From positions 1-61,990 of the IMG/VR virus record IMGVR_UViG_3300037475_000049: a stretch of 61,990 nucleotides of DNA. One strand, given 5' to 3'. Each line of letters starts with the position of its first letter. The stretch's first letter is position 1. The notes below the pieces were generated by a model. It was not told the origin of the DNA. It did not search any database and saw nothing but the letters and a program-made list of their open reading frames with translations. Shown here piece by piece: positions 36,411 to 44,109 of this stretch. This DNA comes from a virus. Its lineage: Duplodnaviria > Caudoviricetes. The translations under genes were made by a program, and so were the position numbers.

Positions 36411-37587
36411 CCTTCATCTGCTGCATCGCAGCCACCACTTCATCGCGGGCTTGCTCGAACGTGCGGTGGTAGTTGCGTCCAGTAGAAGGCTCATACGGCT
36501 TCCCATTGGCATTCTTGACGTTGCGGACATGAGCATTGAACTCCGCTTCTGGCATCTGCGCGACGGCATCCGGCGTCATCCCTTTGTCTGTGAAGTATTG
36601 CCCAATCTCCAGGTTCTTGCGCGTTGTGTTGGCGCGGAGCATGTTCACTAGGTTCGTTTCGCGATCCAGCGGGGCTGTTTTACCTAGCGGTTGCGAGATC
36701 GCTGGCGCTGGCGCTGCCTCTGGCATACCGGGCGGCGGCGTGATTGCTGGGGGAGCGGCGGTCGTCGGTACTGGCTTGGGCGTGGGCGGCTTGCCAGATA
36801 GATTATTGTGAGCGTTGATCGCAGCCTGTTGATACTTAGCTGGAGCATTAGAGAACTTCTTATACGATCCTCCCGTAAGCCCAGCCACGATTTCATCTAA
36901 TGACGGAGCAGTAGATGCCGCCGCAGCAGAAGCCGCTGGCGGCGGAGGAGGTGGGACATCCATTACTCCCGGAACCGTCCCCGATGAACCTAGAAACACC
37001 TTTGACGGAGGCGGTCCTTCTATGGGAGTGACAGGTATCTTGGCCGCTGGAGCGGTGGTTCCTAGGTCCGTAGTCAGCACGGGACGCTCTACCCCTGGTC
37101 CATGGCCGAATTTAGAACCTACCCCAATTCCAGCAGCACTAGCGATAGCGCGCGATATGGTAGGCGGAACACCAACGGCACGCAGCCCCTTTTCTACCGC
37201 CCATTCCGTACCGATACCTCCGCCTACACTCGCGGCTCTCCGTAAGAATCCAGGCGCTCCAGCCGCCATGCCCGTAGCCGTAGCGGGTACGCTTGCGCCT
37301 ATCATGGATTCGGCAGATGGCACGTAGTCGGAAGCTCCAGCAAGGAAATCGGCAACCTTGCCAGCGGTTGTATCATGACCTACGGTATCAGCGAACGATT
37401 TATGGGGACCGGTGCTGGGCATTCCCCACGGAGCTAGCTGTAAACCGGGAGGGGTATACTTGTCTGGGTTGGCATGGAGCGGGTTAGGCACTCCAGGGCC
37501 TTTAGATGACGATACTAGAGTTACTTGTGACGGATCGACTGTGATTGCGCTGACCTGCGAAGGATCAACGACCAGAGTATCTGGCAT
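36376..37587 (-). CDS. Putative DNA-ejection/internal virion protein
   Basis: Pro/Ala/Gly-rich with hydrophobic helices; last of three ejection-like genes. Confidence 0.5.
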   Translation of the reverse strand: MPDTLVVDPSQVSAITVDPSQVTLVSSSKGPGVPNPLHANPDKYTPPGLQLAPWGMPSTGPHKSFADTVGHDTTAGKVADFLAGASDYVPSAESMIGASVPATATGMAAGAPGFLRRAASVGGGIGTEWAVEKGLRAVGVPPTISRAIASAAGIGVGSKFGHGPGVERPVLTTDLGTTAPAAKIPVTPIEGPPPSKVFLGSSGTVPGVMDVPPPPPPAASAAAASTAPSLDEIVAGLTGGSYKKFSNAPAKYQQAAINAHNNLSGKPPTPKPVPTTAAPPAITPPPGMPEAAPAPAISQPLGKTAPLDRETNLVNMLRANTTRKNLEIGQYFTDKGMTPDAVAQMPEAEFNAHVRNVKNANGKPYEPSTGRNYHRTFEQARDEVVAAMQQMKATPVAPPPPPQ

Positions 37588-39546
37588 CTAGGGCTCCAGA
37601 ACTAACTTCCCATCTTTGATGTCCGTGATTTTGTGCTGACGGCCTTGGTACATGACAGAATCGCCAACCTTATAGGCTGATGCACTAGACGGAGGAGGCG
37701 AGACGTTACCCACCACTCCGCTCTTGCGCTCATCTTGCAGGACAGTGTTGCGCGTGTCCGTGAGCACATCACGCATGGCTTTCAACTTGTCCTTGATAAG
37801 TGGAATCTGATCGGGCATCAACCCACCGGCACGATCCAGATTGGGAACATGCTCAAATGCGCGCTGAATGATGGGATAGGCGCGGGAATTGTTCCCTTTC
37901 ATCGCCGCTGCTGCGCTGCGCAAGCCTTCAAAACTGAGCTTGGTAAACAGCTCATCGTTGGCCGTATGGAAGCCCATCTTATACTTCAGGTAGTCTGTCC
38001 GTAGGCTAGGATCACCCTTCATCTGGTTCAGGATGCGGTCAGCGTCGTCAATCTCACGGAACACGGCATCTACGGATTGAAGATTAGCCTGCCCTGCTGC
38101 GCTCAGTTGAACTGGAGAAGGCAGATTTTTATTAGCCGCGTAGGCTTGAACGGCAGTCAATTCCTTGCCTGTCGGCGCAGGTCCACCGCCTACCCAGTCC
38201 TGATATTTTCGCCCTATGAGGCTGTTATCGGGAATCCCCGGCCCTTTTGTCTCTTGTGCATTACCGCGAGTTACGGAACCTGCGCCCGCTGCACCAGTCC
38301 CCTTTATCCGAGTAGTGGTCTGCGGAAGTTGTCCCGGAATGCTGGTTGTCGATGTAGATGGAAGCATCGCTGGGTTTACTGCTCCAGGAATGTTAGCCCC
38401 AGACAATCCACCCGCTGCGTTCTGGAAGAACACGTTGCCAGCAGGCCCAGTCTCCTGATGCGGAGTGGCCATATTAGGGGCGACTATTCCTGGGATGGCT
38501 CCCGCAGGACCACGATTGTTAAATAACTCCCTGCCGCCCTGTGCGTTAGTTCCAACTCCCATCACAGGAGGAAGTCCTGGTGAATATTCCATCCCCAACG
38601 GACCTAGCCGCTGACGGCTATACCCGGTAGGGTCGAGCGGGACGCCATTGATGTTAGCTTCAGGATCAACTTTTAGGATTTCGCTATTAGGAACTGATCC
38701 CGCAATTGCCATGGGCCGCAACTCAGGTGTTATCTGTTTGGCCCCGATGCGAATCTCGCTGCGCTGACGCGGCGTTAGTTTATCCCAAGCACTCTGTCCC
38801 TTTTCGTCCTTGTCCGCTTTTAGGTCCGCTATGCGCTGGTCTATCTCAGCGCGAGTAGCCCTAGTCGCAAAAGCTAGTTCTCCTTCTTTAGCCTTCTCCA
38901 TTGCGGATTGTTGCGCTCCATATTGAGCGCCAAATTTAACAGCATCAATAGCTGCCTGTCTACGAGTAGGGTTGTACGCCAAAGCGTCAGCGCTCAATGG
39001 AGTTTTAGCTGCGGCGGCGGCTTGCGGAGGTGCTTCCATCCCCGGAGGAGGAGGTACTGACATCGACTCTGGCGGCGGGGCAATCGCGGACATCGCTTGG
39101 CTGGCAGGCTGCGAGGGAGCTACCATTTGCCCCATGACGGCGCTAGGCGGCCCTCCAGCGAACTGCCCATAGTTGTTGCCTCCAGCATCGGGCGGCGGCG
39201 GAACCTGCGGAGCCTGTGCGCTAGGGGGGCCCTGTGATGCTAGGCTTTGCGTAGGCGGTGCAGAAGGCGCAGGTTGGCGTCCCTTCGCCGCCTGATTCAT
39301 CTCCGTCCAGTTTTCGAGGTCGCCCTTGACGCGATCCATCATCTTCGGATTGCGGAAGTCACCCGGCTTCTTGCGTAGAAGATCAACGTAGTTCGCGAGG
39401 GCTTGTCGGTTTACTTCTGGATCAGCGTGCGAAGGATCAGTCAGCACGTTGCTATACATATCCAGAATGTTCTTCTGAGCATTCAGGTCAGCATTGTGCT
39501 GATCCTGAAGATGCCGACCGATTACGAAGCCAAGTAGGCCACCCAT
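37588..39546 (-). CDS. Putative DNA-ejection/internal virion protein
   Basis: 652 aa, Pro/Gln-rich then helical; position in operon. Confidence 0.55.
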   Translation of the reverse strand: MGGLLGFVIGRHLQDQHNADLNAQKNILDMYSNVLTDPSHADPEVNRQALANYVDLLRKKPGDFRNPKMMDRVKGDLENWTEMNQAAKGRQPAPSAPPTQSLASQGPPSAQAPQVPPPPDAGGNNYGQFAGGPPSAVMGQMVAPSQPASQAMSAIAPPPESMSVPPPPGMEAPPQAAAAAKTPLSADALAYNPTRRQAAIDAVKFGAQYGAQQSAMEKAKEGELAFATRATRAEIDQRIADLKADKDEKGQSAWDKLTPRQRSEIRIGAKQITPELRPMAIAGSVPNSEILKVDPEANINGVPLDPTGYSRQRLGPLGMEYSPGLPPVMGVGTNAQGGRELFNNRGPAGAIPGIVAPNMATPHQETGPAGNVFFQNAAGGLSGANIPGAVNPAMLPSTSTTSIPGQLPQTTTRIKGTGAAGAGSVTRGNAQETKGPGIPDNSLIGRKYQDWVGGGPAPTGKELTAVQAYAANKNLPSPVQLSAAGQANLQSVDAVFREIDDADRILNQMKGDPSLRTDYLKYKMGFHTANDELFTKLSFEGLRSAAAAMKGNNSRAYPIIQRAFEHVPNLDRAGGLMPDQIPLIKDKLKAMRDVLTDTRNTVLQDERKSGVVGNVSPPPSSASAYKVGDSVMYQGRQHKITDIKDGKLVLEP

Positions 39547-40217
39547 TATCCAAGCCCTGCCGTGAGGCCCTTGGTTAGATCCCCGGCCATATTGGAAGCG
39601 AGGTTTTTATTCTGCCCAGTCTCCTCTACATCCTGTCCGCGTCCACCAAGAAGATTATTGAGGGTCATTTGCAGTAGGTTACTGCCAATTCCCTGCTGTC
39701 CCATCCCGAAGTTCTGCTGCCCCATACCGAGTTGCCCTAGTTGCTGTGCAGCCTGTGGCCGCAGCGAAGCGATGATGTTCGCATTAGTCTGCGCTTGCTG
39801 GAATGGCAATTGACCCATCGCCGAAGCTCTCCCGCCGCCCATCGGAGCGAAGGTGTTCAATGCATTGCGTGAGTTCTGAAACTGCGCATTCGAGGCTTGT
39901 AGTTCAGGACTGAGCGCCTGCGCCATCTGTGCCTTGTTGCCAGAGAGGATGTCGCCCCAATAGCCCATAGACTGATTGACGCCGCCAGTCCCAGTGTTGA
40001 TATACCCCTGTGCATTGTTGAGGATATTCTGGCCCTGCTGCCCAGAGTAGTTTGTCAACGAACGGAGATACTGTTCGAGAGAGTTCTGTCCGCTGCCCGG
40101 AGTGACGCCCTGATAGGCAAGCTGTCCGGGAGCGACGGGTTGGCCGCCGTTCATATTAGTCGCGGCGGTGGGGTCGTTCTGCCCAGCGAACCAATTGTTA
40201 GGATTGAGGAATCCCAT
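39546..40217 (-). CDS. Putative pilot/ejection protein
   Basis: Gln/Gly/Asn-rich, typical of podovirus pilot proteins. Confidence 0.55.
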   Translation of the reverse strand: MGFLNPNNWFAGQNDPTAATNMNGGQPVAPGQLAYQGVTPGSGQNSLEQYLRSLTNYSGQQGQNILNNAQGYINTGTGGVNQSMGYWGDILSGNKAQMAQALSPELQASNAQFQNSRNALNTFAPMGGGRASAMGQLPFQQAQTNANIIASLRPQAAQQLGQLGMGQQNFGMGQQGIGSNLLQMTLNNLLGGRGQDVEETGQNKNLASNMAGDLTKGLTAGLG

Positions 40218-40566
40218 TCGTGACCTCCCTTACCCAGAAATCGCCTAGCCGCTTGAAACCGCCAATCTCTGCAACACGGGCCATTTTCTCTCCCTCTGTA
40301 AAGCAATAATAAGACAAACCTTGTTTCTCCGCTAGTGCCTGATCCATGGTATGCAAAAGGCTTAGCATATATACGCGCGGGTTTTCTATCACCAAAGGTT
40401 CCAGGTGCAAAGCCGTCTGCAAGAACAACACCGCTACGATCTGGCCGTTGAAATCCTCCGCGACCGCTGCCATGGAAACCTCTTGGCGCGGCACTGACTT
40501 GCCTTGGCGCTCCATGATGGGGCCTAGCTTGTACCACTCGGCAGGGGGAAGGATGCGATACGTCAT
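40198..40566 (-). CDS. GNAT-like small protein preceding the ejection genes
   Basis: AVAED..GQIVAV...LEP...GFKR; position. Confidence 0.45.
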   Translation of the reverse strand: MTYRILPPAEWYKLGPIMERQGKSVPRQEVSMAAVAEDFNGQIVAVLFLQTALHLEPLVIENPRVYMLSLLHTMDQALAEKQGLSYYCFTEGEKMARVAEIGGFKRLGDFWVREVTNGIPQS

Positions 40567-41111
40567 ATTCCCTGCCACAAGGCCGTGAGCGTTGAATTGA
40601 GAGGATCGACGGTAGAAGTGCCAGCGCCAGCCGCTTCTTTGCGGATGACGAGCGTACAAGTTTCATCTCCAGAGACAGCCGCCACTTGCCACGATTGGTG
40701 AATGATGACCTTGCCATCAGTAGCGGAGTTGACTACACCGTAATGCGATGTCTGCGTAGCTCGATTCACTTGCAATGCAAGCCGGAAATCAACAGTATCT
40801 CCCGCAATAGTCAATGCTACGGAAGCGGTCAGCGTCCACGTTCCCTGCCGATTGAGTTGCAGCGATACATTGAACCCATTGCCATCATCGGTATCGGTTG
40901 GCGGAACAGTCACAGGATCGCCAGTGCCCACAGAAACGAGCGAGGCAGGACCGTAGGCGTCTCGTAGCCCCTGCTGATTGTCGATGATCTGGCGCAGAGC
41001 GGTGTCTATCTGAAGGTTCCCAGTAGGGCCGGGGCGATACATGCGCGTCGGCTGGGGTGGTTTCGTCTGCCCTGCGCTCTTGCGGCCTGTCAACTTCTCG
41101 AATGGGCTCAT
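40563..41111 (-). CDS. Tail-associated protein
   Basis: Short helix then beta-sandwich; coupled in tail operon. Confidence 0.5.
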   Translation of the reverse strand: MSPFEKLTGRKSAGQTKPPQPTRMYRPGPTGNLQIDTALRQIIDNQQGLRDAYGPASLVSVGTGDPVTVPPTDTDDGNGFNVSLQLNRQGTWTLTASVALTIAGDTVDFRLALQVNRATQTSHYGVVNSATDGKVIIHQSWQVAAVSGDETCTLVIRKEAAGAGTSTVDPLNSTLTALWQGI

Positions 41112-42802
41112 GTGCCTTGCTGCTCCAAAGGTTCAGGATAGAGCACTAACGCCTGTGGTGGGGTGGCAGGGACAAGGATACAGAATGGCGGTGGCGGGAT
41201 CGGGTTGGATACCGTCAGCGGACAGGGAGCGGCAACAACCGCCACAGTCCCTAGTGAATCCGTAACCTGGATGGTATAGGTAACTGCACCTTCAGCATCC
41301 GGGGTGCCGCTAACCACGCCCGTAGAGGCGTCTATCGTCATCCAAGACGGGCCCGTAAGTAGAACAAAGGTATCCGGCGGCGTGTCGCCAGTCACTACAG
41401 GAGGATCGCTGGTATAGAACACGCCAACTGTGGCCGTGAGCGGAGCGACAGGACAAGCAATAGATATTGCAGGAGCCGAAGAAGCAACGGAGAAGTAGAA
41501 ATGCTTTAGTGCAAGATTTCGCTGAAACGATGTCCATTTTGTTGAATCTACTTGATAGTAAACGAGGGCATCATTTTCAGCCGAAGGCGAAAGCCCACTG
41601 GCTACTAGTGGAGTCGCGAGAGGCAGGAGGGTAGCAGGAGCCTGCCACGTAGCTCCATCATCGGTGCTGGCGGAATAAACTAAACTTCCTTCTGTTGGTC
41701 CATCGCCGCTTCCATTGTTTCCATAAGCTGTGGAAGAACACCAGATGAGAAATAGATTCCCGCCAATGTACATTGGGATGGCTGGAGCTTCTTGGGCTTC
41801 CGTGAAGCAATAGTTCTGCGTCGTGTTGTCATACTCAATTAAGTTCCATGTCGGGTCTGCTACATTGGCATCGCATACCGCGACAAAGTTAGTATTTGAT
41901 GGCCCCGGCCTACTAACGGGCAGACCTTGGCTCGTACTTCCACCGACGAACGGAATGACCAAACGCGGAGTGCTAGCACCATTCACATAGTACAAAGGCA
42001 ATCCGACTGGGCCATAGGTCAGATATAGATGGCAGTTTATGTTTAATGTGGTTGCTACCGTCTGGAAAGTCGCGGGAGTTCCACTATTGTCGCTGATATG
42101 ATGCAGCCAGAAGTTGTTGGGGGAAGGGGTGTTCTGATCCGCTCCGTCAGAACTAAGCACAAAAGCATCGCTTACTAAGCTGCCACGATTAGTAACAGAA
42201 AAACACCCATAGCTGCGGGAGTTTCCAGCTTGCCCAGACATAGCGGTAGGCCCGGTCCATGTAGATACTCCATCCCAGGAGAGCCATGCGCTACGGTTGT
42301 ACTTCTGTAGAGAAATTGTCTCTGAATCTGTCGGAATGCCAAAGAGAACGGTGCCATTGGATCGCACAGCAACGCCCGCTAGGGTCTTTAGCCAATTACT
42401 AGACGGAGACTCTACATCTGCACTGACTGAAATACCCGTGTCAATGCGAGCGCCCATCGTATCCGTGCTCATATCAAACGGATGCAGCCAATAGTGGCCG
42501 GGCGTGCGGTCCAGGTCGTTCGTGAATAGGTAAAGAGTATCATTCAGAACGAAAGGAACGTGAATCAACCCAACGAACCATGCGCTACTCACGCCGCCGT
42601 CGCCAAAAGTCGTCCAAGTTCCTATGGCATCGCGCTTACAGATGAAAAACGTGTTATTCCCGCTTACCGCTTGATCGTCTACGATCACAAAATAGTGATC
42701 GGTGCCATGCTTAAACGGGCCGAGTCGGATACAGCCTTGTTCTCCCGTCGCCCCAAATAGCGAACTTAGTTGTTCGGGAGTGCCGATAGTTAAAGTAGGC
42801 AT
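41108..42802 (-). CDS. Beta-propeller-like (Asp-box) plus Ig-like (He_PIG) virion protein
   Basis: SASTDDGATW Asp-box; PSWMTIDASTGVVSGTP...YTIQVTDS. Confidence 0.65.
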   Translation of the reverse strand: MPTLTIGTPEQLSSLFGATGEQGCIRLGPFKHGTDHYFVIVDDQAVSGNNTFFICKRDAIGTWTTFGDGGVSSAWFVGLIHVPFVLNDTLYLFTNDLDRTPGHYWLHPFDMSTDTMGARIDTGISVSADVESPSSNWLKTLAGVAVRSNGTVLFGIPTDSETISLQKYNRSAWLSWDGVSTWTGPTAMSGQAGNSRSYGCFSVTNRGSLVSDAFVLSSDGADQNTPSPNNFWLHHISDNSGTPATFQTVATTLNINCHLYLTYGPVGLPLYYVNGASTPRLVIPFVGGSTSQGLPVSRPGPSNTNFVAVCDANVADPTWNLIEYDNTTQNYCFTEAQEAPAIPMYIGGNLFLIWCSSTAYGNNGSGDGPTEGSLVYSASTDDGATWQAPATLLPLATPLVASGLSPSAENDALVYYQVDSTKWTSFQRNLALKHFYFSVASSAPAISIACPVAPLTATVGVFYTSDPPVVTGDTPPDTFVLLTGPSWMTIDASTGVVSGTPDAEGAVTYTIQVTDSLGTVAVVAAPCPLTVSNPIPPPPFCILVPATPPQALVLYPEPLEQQGT

Positions 42803-44109
42803 TACGTTCCCACCTGTTCCACTGGTTCATTCAGCAGCAATAGCGGCGGCGTATATCCCGGCACTGGCACGATCTCGCACATTGCAGGAGGCCCCGGAGG
42901 GGACGCACCCGTGACTGTGAAGGAGCAATTCGCCGGGGCCGTGTCCGCAGCGGCATCCGTCACGTTGGCTGTGTAGTTGAAAATGCCGTTGGTCGTCGGC
43001 GTCCCCGTGATCGCTCCCGTTGCAGAGTTGAGCGACAAGCCCGGAGGGATCGAGCCAGAGACGATGGAATAAGAGTAAGGCGCGGTCCCATTCGATGCGA
43101 TCAAGGAACCGGAGTATGCTATCCCAACCGTCGCCGTGCCCGTCAGGGGGCAAGCAAGCGCTAGCGCGCTAGGAGCGCCCGAACTGACCGTGATCCCGCA
43201 AGGCGCGGACGCAGAATTGCCGATGCTATCCACTACTCGCGCCGTATAGGAGAACGGCCCAGCTATGGTAGGAGTACCGCTAATAAGACCGGTGGAAGCG
43301 TTCAGACTTAAACCCGTAGGCAAAGCCCCTGCGCTGATCGAGAACGTGTACGGCGGCGTCCCGCTGCCCGCTACGAGGCTATGGGAGTAAGGCACTCCAT
43401 CCGTAGCCGCATTTCCTCCGATGGGGCAGGATAGGGTGGGGTTGGCTGGGAACACGCCACCAGATACAGGCATCAAGATGGGAGTGTTCGCCGTGAGCCC
43501 GTTTGCATCCGTAACACGCGCAATGAAAGGGTAGGACCCGCCGAGCGTTGGGATGCCGCTAATCACTCCGGTCGTCGGATTTAATGCCAATCCAGGCGGC
43601 AAAGTCCCGGAGAACATGGAGAAAAGATAAGGCGGCGTCCCCTGCGAAGCTAGGAGCGGGCTGCTGTAACTCACCCCTACTGCTGGACTCCCTATCACGA
43701 ATGTAAGCGACGGCGGAATTAGAACATTCCCGGCGACAACAGCGGTTGGGATCGTATTCGCAGAAGCGTCGCTGGCGATTACATTGATGAGAGTGATGGG
43801 GATCGTTCCGCTCGTAGGACTGGCTACTACCGTGAATGTGGGAACCAGCAGAAACCCGTCCGGGATGACGTTAACGTTTACTCCAGAGACAATGCAAAGG
43901 TCCCCGCTTCTGCTCAGCGTCTTCGATGCAGAAGTACCAGCCCCGCCAATCGTCGCCCCAGTTAGTGTAATATTTGCGCCGTAACTGAAGGTGCACTGAA
44001 CGGCAGTGGGTAACGCTCCGCCTGTCGAGGCCACGGACACCGTAAGTGTAACCATCCCTCCCGGAATAGTTACGAAGGAGGATACGGTGAGAGTGACAAG
44101 GGCAGCCAT
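42802..44109 (-). CDS. Cohesin-like domain plus three He_PIG Ig-like repeats
   Basis: 3x G.PPY.F....G.LP.GL.LN..TG.ISG.PT..G.Y....VTD; N-terminal ~130 aa beta-sandwich; no signal peptide. Confidence 0.75.
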   Translation of the reverse strand: MAALVTLTVSSFVTIPGGMVTLTVSVASTGGALPTAVQCTFSYGANITLTGATIGGAGTSASKTLSRSGDLCIVSGVNVNVIPDGFLLVPTFTVVASPTSGTIPITLINVIASDASANTIPTAVVAGNVLIPPSLTFVIGSPAVGVSYSSPLLASQGTPPYLFSMFSGTLPPGLALNPTTGVISGIPTLGGSYPFIARVTDANGLTANTPILMPVSGGVFPANPTLSCPIGGNAATDGVPYSHSLVAGSGTPPYTFSISAGALPTGLSLNASTGLISGTPTIAGPFSYTARVVDSIGNSASAPCGITVSSGAPSALALACPLTGTATVGIAYSGSLIASNGTAPYSYSIVSGSIPPGLSLNSATGAITGTPTTNGIFNYTANVTDAAADTAPANCSFTVTGASPPGPPAMCEIVPVPGYTPPLLLLNEPVEQVGT

